From IMG/VR virus record IMGVR_UViG_3300020059_000001, positions 1 through 14,678 of that record: DNA of 14,678 nucleotides. One strand, 5' to 3'. Position numbers and translations under genes: made by a program. Source of the DNA: a virus (taxonomy: Duplodnaviria; Heunggongvirae; Uroviricota; Caudoviricetes). Positions 7,290 through 14,124 of the stretch are shown piece by piece. Under the pieces are notes generated by a model. That model did no database searches and was not told the DNA's origin. It was given only the letters and a program-made list of their open reading frames with translations. Numbering within the stretch: position 1 is the first letter of the stretch; each line of letters begins with the position of its first letter.

Positions 7290-7345
7290 GGATGGTCGGC
7301 AACCCCCGCAGGTTGCCGGCCGTCCGGCTTACTCAGCCGTAAGTC
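7290..7345 (+). promoter_or_regulatory. Hairpin plus UCAGCC-loop hairpin
   Basis: GGATGGTCGGCAACC-CCCGCA-GGTTGCCGGCCGTCC with 2 G-U; GGCTTAC-TCAGCC-GTAAGTC. Confidence 0.75.
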
Positions 7346-7363
7346 AGGAACTGGAGATTGATG

Positions 7364-7684
7364 ATGACCGGGCCACCGACACGGAACAACGTCAAGCTCC
7401 CGTTGACGCTGAAACGCCGGAAACGAGAGATCGAGGGTAGTGAGTACGGGGCGTTCGTACGGCGCGTACTGAGGGCTTACAGCCGCCGCGTCGCGGCCGG
7501 GGACGTCGAAACCCTCCGGGACCTCATAGCGCTGTCCAGTGAGATCGACCAGGCCGTGACCGACGCTGTCGCCGGCCTACGCACCCGAGGCTACTCGTGG
7601 AGTGAGATCGGCGACCGGCTCGGCGTGTCTAAGCAGGCAGCCCAGCAACGCTGGGGTAACCCGACCACCATCCGCAGGGCGTGA
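7364..7684 (+). CDS. HTH DNA-binding protein (sigma70 region 4-like; common in actinomycete mobile elements)
   Basis: C-terminal GYSWSEIGDRLGVSKQAAQQRWG; RRVAAGDVETL motif. The start could be 7358, 7361 or 7364; 7364 has the best spacing to GGAG. Confidence 0.88.
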   Translation: MTGPPTRNNVKLPLTLKRRKREIEGSEYGAFVRRVLRAYSRRVAAGDVETLRDLIALSSEIDQAVTDAVAGLRTRGYSWSEIGDRLGVSKQAAQQRWGNPTTIRRA

Positions 7685-7690
7685 CCGCGT

Positions 7691-7735
7691 GCCGGGCCGT
7701 GCCTTGCCCTGGCATGCCGAACCGTCCCATGCCGC
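7691..7735 (+). repeat. Degenerate 5-bp tandem array (NCCNN x9)
   Basis: gccgg gccgt gcctt gccct ggcat gccga accgt cccat gccgc. Confidence 0.8.
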
Positions 7736-7821
7736 TGCCCTGCACCTCCGGGGAGGCGCATTGACAACAACCGTACCCCCGACCCACCCGGACCACCTAC
7801 TATGTACCCACAGGAGGAACA

Positions 7822-8025
7822 GTGACCGTCATCCATCTCAAGTACAAACCCAACATATCCGCGTTCGTGGGCTGGACCGCGCCCGCCGGCGCGGCGATCC
7901 CGATCGCAGGCGACTGGGTCGAAGAGGCCGGGAGAACCTACAACGTCATGGGTCGGATCATCCGCGACCAGGGCCGCGAGGTCACCCTCATCGTCCGACC
8001 ATCCGACGTCAACGTGAGTTATTAG
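7822..8025 (+). CDS. Small beta-rich hypothetical protein (67 aa)
   Basis: GTG start after a perfect AGGAGG; high GC3. Confidence 0.8.
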   Translation: MTVIHLKYKPNISAFVGWTAPAGAAIPIAGDWVEEAGRTYNVMGRIIRDQGREVTLIVRPSDVNVSY

Positions 8026-8027
8026 CC

Positions 8028-8099
8028 ATGACCACCGTCTGCGTCATTGCAGCGCTCGTCGCTGCGGTAGCCGCCCTCAACATCATCACAATCCGGTAG
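8028..8099 (+). CDS. Hydrophobic micropeptide (23 aa)
   Basis: MTTVCVIAALVAAVAALNIITIR; starts 2 nt after the upstream stop, preceded by TTAGCC. Confidence 0.5.
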   Translation: MTTVCVIAALVAAVAALNIITIR

Positions 8100-8134
8100 G
8101 AAAACCGGCCCCAACAAATCGAACGAGGAAACAA

Positions 8135-8395
8135 ATGAGCAGCAACGAAATCCTGGAGTTTTACCTCGCCCCGGACTACGACGCACGTATCCACCGGGTC
8201 TACGTCAACGTCCCAGACGACTGGGACGACATGACCAAAGACCAACGCGAAAAGTTCGCCGACGAACAGGCGATCCAGTACCGCGACGAACACGTCGAAG
8301 CTGGCGGCATCATCCACACCTCGCTCGAAACGGCCCAGAGCGCTAACCGTGACTCGTGGGGCGACCAGCCCGACGAAGCCGAAGACTGGTTCTAA
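8135..8395 (+). CDS. Acidic hypothetical protein (86 aa)
   Basis: RBS GAGGAA; strong GC3 bias; D/E-rich. Confidence 0.85.
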   Translation: MSSNEILEFYLAPDYDARIHRVYVNVPDDWDDMTKDQREKFADEQAIQYRDEHVEAGGIIHTSLETAQSANRDSWGDQPDEAEDWF

Positions 8396-8466
8396 AACCA
8401 GGGGAACACGTCCCTCACGACACTTCACCTTCCCTTCCACGGAAAACGAAAGGAGGCGAAACGCTA

Positions 8467-9207
8467 ATGACTGAACAGGCCCGCTACGTCAGCCTGCACT
8501 ACTTCGCTGAGGCGTTGGGGCTACCCGTCGAGACGATGCGTAGCTACAACAAGCGGGCTAACCGGAACCGGCGCCGAGGCCGACCCTTGACCACGGACCT
8601 GCCGGTAGCTGACGCGCCGCCCGATGCTCAAACAGCAGGCCGGCCGCGGTGGCTACGGGAAACCGCCGACGCCTACATCACCCTCCGACTGGCAACGAAA
8701 CGAGGTAGGCACGTGGCAGCCGAACCGCGTCAACGCGACGAACACGGCCGCTTTCAACCCACCGCCCCCGACGAGCCGCTTCGTACGTCCGGTGGCGTCG
8801 AATTGACCAACGAGCTAGTCGAACAGCTCGCCGACGAGGCCGAAGCCGGCTACGACCCGGACAAGCTCGTGCCCCGCCCGACGGCTCAACGGGGGTCATC
8901 GGACGGACCGGTCATGGTCCGGCTATCCGCAGCCGAACGGGACCAGGCCGCCGAAGCACTGAGCAGCGTCATACCGACCGGCCTCGGGCTCCGACATCTG
9001 ATTACCGATGGGCCGCGCGGCTGGTCAGCGGCGATGGCACCCGACAGGGCCGACGAGATCGCCGAAGCGCTGACCGAGGCGTGGTCGAAGGAAGGCCACC
9101 GAACCTTCGAGCTGGCGCAACGGTTCGCCGAAGATCAGGAACCGGCCCGGCGCACGAAACGCGGCGGGTGGGCAGCCGGCGTCCGACCGGGAGACAGAAC
9201 GGAGTAA
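8467..9207 (+). CDS. Multi-domain putative DNA-binding protein (N-terminal excisionase/MerR-like HTH plus central CopG/RHH-associated segment)
   Basis: RBS AAAGGAGG before ATG 8467; FAEALGLPVETMRSY...DLP..D...GRPRW; LTNELVEQLADEAEAGYD...VMVRLS. Confidence 0.7.
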   Translation: MTEQARYVSLHYFAEALGLPVETMRSYNKRANRNRRRGRPLTTDLPVADAPPDAQTAGRPRWLRETADAYITLRLATKRGRHVAAEPRQRDEHGRFQPTAPDEPLRTSGGVELTNELVEQLADEAEAGYDPDKLVPRPTAQRGSSDGPVMVRLSAAERDQAAEALSSVIPTGLGLRHLITDGPRGWSAAMAPDRADEIAEALTEAWSKEGHRTFELAQRFAEDQEPARRTKRGGWAAGVRPGDRTE

Positions 9208-9262
9208 ACCCGAATGACCGAATCCACGCCGAGGACGACCCATTACCCGATTACGCGTAGGG

Positions 9263-9484
9263 TTAGGTAGACCGACCCCTCGCGACAGAAGAGGCCGCCG
9301 TCTCGGATCCCTCCGGGACGGCGGCCTTTTTGTCGTTGTTGGCTAGTTTCGCGGCGTGGCGGTGGCGTAGACCTGCTGCGCGGCGTTGCTGACGGTCGAT
9401 GCGGTCGGCGCGTAGGCGTTCGCGGCGGGCTTTCCAGGCGTTGTGCTGGTCAACCCAATGATCGGTGACCTCCGGCATGTCCAT
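9263..9484 (-). CDS. Possible small basic protein (73 aa), perhaps leaderless
   Basis: High GC3 from ATG 9484; TACCAT 6 nt upstream of the ATG on the minus strand; no RBS; the 3' part runs through the terminator hairpin. Confidence 0.4.
   Translation of the reverse strand: MDMPEVTDHWVDQHNAWKARRERLRADRIDRQQRRAAGLRHRHAAKLANNDKKAAVPEGSETAASSVARGRST
9292..9331 (+). terminator. Intrinsic terminator
   Basis: Stem AGGCCGCCGTCTCGGA/TCCGGGACGGCGGCCT followed by a T tract. Confidence 0.85.
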
Positions 9485-9539
9485 GCATCTATGGTAGCCG
9501 GCTTCGACTCCCGGCATCTGAAATTTTATGGACCTGTGG

Positions 9540-9568
9540 ATGACACAGCATCCCGTGAGATGTATGGT
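9540..9568 (+). promoter_or_regulatory. SigA/HrdB-type promoter candidate
   Basis: ATGACA - 17 nt - TATGGT, downstream of the terminator and ~36 nt upstream of ATG 9605. Confidence 0.55.
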
Positions 9569-9604
9569 TTGCCATGTATCCCATCCCATCCCAGGGGGTT
9601 TCCC

Positions 9605-9808
9605 ATGGCCATCCTTGTCGTGCTCACACTCGTCGTCCTGTTCACCGGATCACTACTCGGCAACCTGCTCCAACACTGGGCCATCCGCGACGCCAACGGC
9701 CACAACCGATGCCTACGCCGCTGGATCAACGACAACAGGAGCGTCCCCGACAACCTCATCGACGTCATCGAACGCGGCGGATCGATCCGGCTCACCCGCA
9801 ACCGGTAA
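9605..9808 (+). CDS. Small membrane protein (67 aa)
   Basis: RBS AGGGGG; N-terminal hydrophobic AILVVLTLVVLFTGSLLG. Confidence 0.75.
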   Translation: MAILVVLTLVVLFTGSLLGNLLQHWAIRDANGHNRCLRRWINDNRSVPDNLIDVIERGGSIRLTRNR

Positions 9809-9822
9809 AGGGGAAAGCAGCC

Positions 9823-10050
9823 ATGACCAACATGCTCATCGGCAGCCCGGACGCCCTCGCCGAGATCACCAAAATTATCGACCTCACCGCCGCCGACCTC
9901 GCCCAGGACTACCTCAGCCCCGAACAACGCCGCCAGCAGTTCGCCTACCTCACCATCGCCATCCAGATCCGGCGTAGCTACCCGCCGACCTACACCCCCG
10001 AACAGGAAGCCCATGCACTCGTCGCCGCCGCCCAAGGCCAAATCTCATGA
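9823..10050 (+). CDS. Hypothetical protein (75 aa)
   Basis: RBS AAGGGGA; in frame with track ORF 9574..10050; ATGA overlap with the next gene. Confidence 0.8.
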   Translation: MTNMLIGSPDALAEITKIIDLTAADLAQDYLSPEQRRQQFAYLTIAIQIRRSYPPTYTPEQEAHALVAAAQGQIS

Positions 10051-10445
10051 CCGGCGACGACTACACCCGACCCGCCGTCACCGTGCAACTAACAACCAGG
10101 GAACGGATGTTCGCGCTACGGGTACTCCGCGCAGCCGGTGTGCCATGGCGAACCCGGCGACTCATCGCCGCCGACACTCTATGGGCATTCGAAGCCAGCC
10201 ACCTCGCCGACGCCCTCGACCAGGCCAGCACCAAAACCCGGCCACTGTCACACACCCGCCGGCAAACCCGCCGACTCGCCGCCCACTACCGGGCCGCCGC
10301 CGGCACCGCGAAACGGGCACCTATCAACCCCGCCGAATGGCCCGAAGCCCCCCGCACCCGTTCGGTGCCAATCGAAACGCTCATCGAACAAACAGCTACC
10401 GCCCACTGGGCGGCCATCCCACCTAGCCCGGAGGTAACACCATGA
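10047..10445 (+). CDS. Hypothetical protein (132 aa)
   Basis: ATGA overlaps at both ends. Confidence 0.75.
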   Translation: MTGDDYTRPAVTVQLTTRERMFALRVLRAAGVPWRTRRLIAADTLWAFEASHLADALDQASTKTRPLSHTRRQTRRLAAHYRAAAGTAKRAPINPAEWPEAPRTRSVPIETLIEQTATAHWAAIPPSPEVTP

Positions 10446-11623
10446 GGCAGCTGAAGATCGCCGTCATCGGCGGCTCACTGGTCGGCCCGACCGCGGAACT
10501 GACCTTCCGCCGGCACGGCTTCACCGACGTCACCACGTACGAAGCGTCCCGCACCCCGCACCCGCAGTCCGGTGGTGTGATGGGCCTCCGTCAGCAAGGC
10601 ATCGAAATCCTCAAGGACGCCGGTGTCGACGTCGCCTCGACCGTCGCGCTCGACTCGCGGGACACCATCTCCTGGGACATGGACGGTGGTGTCGAACCCA
10701 GGCAGCGGGGACGATCTACCCTGCCGGGGCAGGTTACATCCTGGGACAAACTTCACCACGCGCTCGGGCAGCTCGTCGATATCCAACTCGGTCATCGGCT
10801 CGTCGCCCTCGACCACGACGGCGAACGGGCACAGCTCGCCTTCACGAAAGGCCACACCGACGAAGCCGACCTGGTCGTCTTCGCCGACGGTCGCAAATCC
10901 ACCGGCCGGGCTTTACTCGACCCGACCCGCCACCTGCATTACAGCGGATACTGCATGTGGCGAGGCCTGATCGAACTACCCACGAACTCGGCGATCGAAG
11001 GGTTCAGCCGGTTCTACGACACGCCACGCGGGATACTGTTCTCCATCACCGCGCCAATCAAAAACGATGGCCGGTCATACTGGGAACTGTCCACCAACAT
11101 GTCGGAAGCGGCGTTCACCCGGATCGTCGGGAAGCCACCCACCGAACACGCATTCCTGCTTTCCGGACAGATCACACCATTGATCAGGCGAACCATCGAC
11201 GCGCTCGCCACCGCATACCTACCGGCACAGTTCCGCGACGTGGTCCACGACACCGACCAGATCATGGGGATTCCCATCATCGACTTACCACTGGCCAAGC
11301 AGACCGCTTGGCCACTGGGCAACGCTCACGCGGCTCTCGTCGGCGACGCCGCCCAAACCGTTCGGCTACAAACCGGCTGGGGACTCAACGCCGGCATCGG
11401 CCAAGTCCACTGCCTCGCCGGCCGACTCGCCAACGGAATGAACCTCGACGCAGCCGTCGCAGACTGGTCAACCGCCTCGATGGCCGCCATCGGCCCCTGG
11501 GTCGAACTAGGCCGGCGAAGGGCCGCCGCGACCAACCTCGGTGTCTACGAGCCCGTCAGACCCGGATACACCGCCGTCCCGTCCAATGATATTTGGTCAC
11601 CACCCCAATGGATCTTGAGCTAA
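10442..11623 (+). CDS. FAD-dependent monooxygenase (class A aromatic hydroxylase, 2,6-dihydroxypyridine hydroxylase-like)
   Basis: Rossmann motif KIAVIGGSLVG, DLVVFADG, YSGYxxWRG, LVGDAA; RBS GGAGG. Confidence 0.88.
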   Translation: MRQLKIAVIGGSLVGPTAELTFRRHGFTDVTTYEASRTPHPQSGGVMGLRQQGIEILKDAGVDVASTVALDSRDTISWDMDGGVEPRQRGRSTLPGQVTSWDKLHHALGQLVDIQLGHRLVALDHDGERAQLAFTKGHTDEADLVVFADGRKSTGRALLDPTRHLHYSGYCMWRGLIELPTNSAIEGFSRFYDTPRGILFSITAPIKNDGRSYWELSTNMSEAAFTRIVGKPPTEHAFLLSGQITPLIRRTIDALATAYLPAQFRDVVHDTDQIMGIPIIDLPLAKQTAWPLGNAHAALVGDAAQTVRLQTGWGLNAGIGQVHCLAGRLANGMNLDAAVADWSTASMAAIGPWVELGRRRAAATNLGVYEPVRPGYTAVPSNDIWSPPQWILS

Positions 11624-11629
11624 AGCAAG

Positions 11630-11694
11630 GAAAGGTCAGGTCGAGAAAAGGGCAACCTTCTCTGAAAACGCCCTCCCCCTCGACCTGACCTTTC
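11630..11694. terminator. 16-bp perfect inverted repeat after the monooxygenase; terminator or processing hairpin
   Basis: GAAAGGTCAGGTCGAG (11630-11645) / CTCGACCTGACCTTTC (11679-11694), with inner AGGGC/GCCCT. Confidence 0.65.
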
Positions 11695-11710
11695 GTGCCC
11701 TGCCGCTGCT

Positions 11711-11770
11711 GCCACGCCGCGCCCAGCCGGACCGGGCCGGGCCGAGCCCAGCCACGCCTCGCCTCACCGC
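11711..11770 (+). repeat. Degenerate 5-bp tandem array (RCCNN x12)
   Basis: gccac gccgc gccca gccgg accgg gccgg gccga gccca gccac gcctc gcctc accgc; CCGCTGCTGCC at both ends (11703, 11767). Confidence 0.85.
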
Positions 11771-11853
11771 TGCTGCCGCACCACTCACCGCATCCGAAGA
11801 TCCGGCTCCATCGACAATTATAGCTTGCCGAAATTCACGAACAGGAGATCATC

Positions 11854-12390
11854 ATGCACGATGCTGTCAACTACCAGACTGCCCGCGTCAGCGAAACTGC
11901 CCCAGTCAAGCCCACACCTACGCGGTGGCCGGTAACCACCGGGGAGCTACGAGGGCGACTCCAACCCGTTACTTTTATGCGTCTTCTGGAACCGGTCGAA
12001 AACCCGGACGGGCCTACCCTCACCGCCGACAACATCGTCAGCGTGCAGCATTGGGGACCGGGTGTCGTCGTCATCAACGCAATGCAGTCAGGCTACCAAC
12101 CGCTCATGATCGACGATAGAACCCTTCACGCCAAATGGATACACCTGAACGCCGAAGTAACAACAGCCGAGCTGCGGGCCAAACTGCAACCAATCGTCTT
12201 CGGCCGGCTCGTCGAGGACGTCGCCGACAACAGCGACCCCACCATCACCCTGCCTGCACGTACCCCGGTAGCGCTCGTGTTCTGGGGCGGTGGCATGACC
12301 GCCGTCACCGACGTACTCACCGGCCAACACGTCGTCGCCCGAACCAACACGGTTCACGTCGACTGGCACCACGGCCTAGTCATCGACTGA
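11854..12390 (+). CDS. Hypothetical protein with an internal tandem domain duplication (178 aa)
   Basis: RBS AGGAG; VTTGELRGRLQP..F.RL.E.V repeated as VTTAELRAKLQP..F.RL.E.V. Confidence 0.85.
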   Translation: MHDAVNYQTARVSETAPVKPTPTRWPVTTGELRGRLQPVTFMRLLEPVENPDGPTLTADNIVSVQHWGPGVVVINAMQSGYQPLMIDDRTLHAKWIHLNAEVTTAELRAKLQPIVFGRLVEDVADNSDPTITLPARTPVALVFWGGGMTAVTDVLTGQHVVARTNTVHVDWHHGLVID

Positions 12391-12397
12391 GCCGGCG

Positions 12398-12466
12398 GGG
12401 TGGTCGGCAGTGTTCCACTTCCCCGGAACACTGCTGGCCGCCCGGTCCGCTCAGGACCACTTAGCC
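12398..12466 (+). promoter_or_regulatory. Intergenic hairpin homologous to 7290-7325, then a small hairpin and TTAGCC
   Basis: GGTCGGCAGTGTTCC/GGAACACTGCTGGCC with 2 G-U; shares TGGTCGGCA with 7290-7325. Confidence 0.65.
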
Positions 12467-12489
12467 ATCCCCGAGGAGATAACCGACTC

Positions 12490-12855
12490 ATGAACGACAA
12501 TCGTCCGCTTCCAACCAACGTAATCGAAGCACTACAAGCGACGAAGGAAGTCCTGCAACGGCAGGGCCGCATACGGCGCACCCGCTTCCACTACGGCAAG
12601 GTGTGCCTCGTCGGCGCCATAGACGTTGCTGTCGGCATGCACAGCCCAACCGGCACGTACCTGGCCCCCCCGACCAGCCAGCTCGAACTCAGCATACGGA
12701 CGTTACACATCCTCAACAGGGGTGCACGGTTCACAACCCGCCACGACAACGCCATCGAGTTCAACGACAATCCCGACACCACCGACGGGCAGGTGTTTGC
12801 GTTGATCGACCAGGCCATCGCAGCTGAAGGCGCCCCACCGGAAAGGAACCCTTAA
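12490..12855 (+). CDS. DUF6197-like protein (121 aa)
   Basis: CLVGAI and FND...T..QV.ALID.AI pattern recalled for DUF6197; RBS GAGGAG before ATG 12490. Confidence 0.7.
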   Translation: MNDNRPLPTNVIEALQATKEVLQRQGRIRRTRFHYGKVCLVGAIDVAVGMHSPTGTYLAPPTSQLELSIRTLHILNRGARFTTRHDNAIEFNDNPDTTDGQVFALIDQAIAAEGAPPERNP

Positions 12856-12860
12856 AGATC

Positions 12861-13238
12861 ATGATCTGGTTGTTGGCTGCCTCGGGCTATCTGATCGTCG
12901 GCGGGATCGTAGCCCGCCGGACGTTCGTCAAATTCATCGACGAAAATGGTCGCAACGCCATCCAGGACATCGGCACCAACGGCGTCCGGATCGGCCCCCC
13001 TCGCGACCCGTTCGCCGGCCCATTCTGGACCGGTGCCTTCTGGCCCGTTACCATCCCCGGCGTTGTAGCGATGTGGCTGTGGCAACACATCATCACCCGG
13101 CCCACACCAGCTGAACGGCGAGCCGCCGCAGACCAACGCATAGCCCACATGAGGGAACTGCTATCCGCGGAGTACGAGCCGGTCGTCGACCAGATGCGCG
13201 CCGAAGGGCTCCCCGTCGACATAGCCGACACACCATGA
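12861..13238 (+). CDS. Membrane protein (125 aa, 2 TM segments)
   Basis: Hydrophobic MIWLLAASGYLIVGGIVA and FWTGAFWPVTIPGVVAMWLW; ATGA overlap with the next gene. Confidence 0.8.
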   Translation: MIWLLAASGYLIVGGIVARRTFVKFIDENGRNAIQDIGTNGVRIGPPRDPFAGPFWTGAFWPVTIPGVVAMWLWQHIITRPTPAERRAAADQRIAHMRELLSAEYEPVVDQMRAEGLPVDIADTP

Positions 13239-13531
13239 CCGTCACCATCAGCCGGCCAGGCACCCGCGGCAACCCACCAGGCCGGCACGGGCAACGACGG
13301 TGGCCCCAGTACGAAACCATGCCATGGCCATTCACCGCAGCCCTGAGAGAACTGTCAGGTGACCGGCTCAACGTTGCTCTGCTGTGGGCCACCGAAGCCG
13401 GCTGGACCCCGTCAGCGCTCGCCCTGGCCCTCAACGTCACCCGGCAACAGGTCTCCCGACGTGCCGCCACCGCCCGCTACCGGCCCAGCGCCACCACAAT
13501 AGCCATCCCCGAAGTGGAGGACTCTAGATGA
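13235..13531 (+). CDS. HTH DNA-binding protein (98 aa)
   Basis: GWTPSALALALNVTRQQVSRR; ATGA overlaps at both ends. Confidence 0.75.
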   Translation: MTVTISRPGTRGNPPGRHGQRRWPQYETMPWPFTAALRELSGDRLNVALLWATEAGWTPSALALALNVTRQQVSRRAATARYRPSATTIAIPEVEDSR

Positions 13532-13719
13532 ACAACATACCGAGGTGGAACCTCATACCGAGATGGATCGGCATCATCGTCTCGGTAGTCGCAATCGCGA
13601 TCACAGTGAACATGGCAACCGAACGGATCGAGAACCCCGACGGCATGGCCGCGGTCGCGATAACCGGCATCATCGCCACCATCATCATCACCGTAATCGC
13701 CATTATCACCGACGACTAA
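13528..13719 (+). CDS. Small 2-TM membrane protein (63 aa)
   Basis: RBS GGAGGA; two hydrophobic stretches. Confidence 0.8.
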   Translation: MNNIPRWNLIPRWIGIIVSVVAIAITVNMATERIENPDGMAAVAITGIIATIIITVIAIITDD

Positions 13720-13730
13720 CCTCGGGGTAG

Positions 13731-13979
13731 GTGGCTTACGTGCTCCGCGCGCTAGCCACCAACGCCGACGCCTGCGGAATACTCAACCAGTGGAAACACG
13801 GATACGGCGCGGCCACACCGAAACTCCGCTGCAACCGATCAATCCGCTTACCGCACTGCGGACACATCGGCTTACTAGTCGCCATCACGACCAGGCTGCG
13901 TCGGCGGATCCGGCTGCGGCGGAGGCGGCGGATGAGTCAAAAACATGGTCACACCCCTTCAACGAGGAAAACGAATTGA
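13731..13979 (+). CDS. Hypothetical basic protein (82 aa)
   Basis: GTG after GGGGTAG; TTGA overlap with the next ORF. An alternative frame (13790..14074) competes. Confidence 0.45.
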   Translation: MAYVLRALATNADACGILNQWKHGYGAATPKLRCNRSIRLPHCGHIGLLVAITTRLRRRIRLRRRRRMSQKHGHTPSTRKTN

Positions 13980-14074
13980 CTCAGGAAAAACTCAACCGAG
14001 CGGCAGATCAACTCGAAGAACTAACAATCCTCCAGAAAGAGGTGGTCAAAAACCTACGCCTCGGCGCGATCTAA
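13976..14074 (+). CDS. Small coiled-coil peptide (32 aa)
   Basis: TTG start after GAGGAAAA, overlapping the upstream TGA; LTQEKLNRAADQLEELTILQKEVVKNLRLGAI. Confidence 0.45.
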   Translation: MTQEKLNRAADQLEELTILQKEVVKNLRLGAI

Positions 14075-14124
14075 AGATACCCGATCATGCTTTCGGTCCG
14101 CCCATCGGAGACACCCTGAATTTG

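Noticed and set aside
944-7345. Hairpin series as a CRISPR array or integron attC array
   Set aside because: Units differ in length and sequence and are separated by genes; no cas or integrase gene and no consistent GTTRRRY core sites were seen.
7761-7803. TTGACA at 7761 and TACTAT at 7798 as a promoter
   Set aside because: Spacing is 31 nt, not 16-19; neither element has a proper partner.
9214-9270. 18-aa ORF MTESTPRTTHYPITRRVR after gene 8467
   Set aside because: Too short, weak RBS, no supporting features.
10957-11589. 210-aa alternative + frame inside the monooxygenase
   Set aside because: Arg/Pro-rich off-frame translation typical of high-GC genes.
13790-14074. 94-aa ORF as a single gene
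   Set aside because: No RBS at 13790; the RBS and TTGA overlap favour 13731..13979 plus 13976..14074, although this is not certain.
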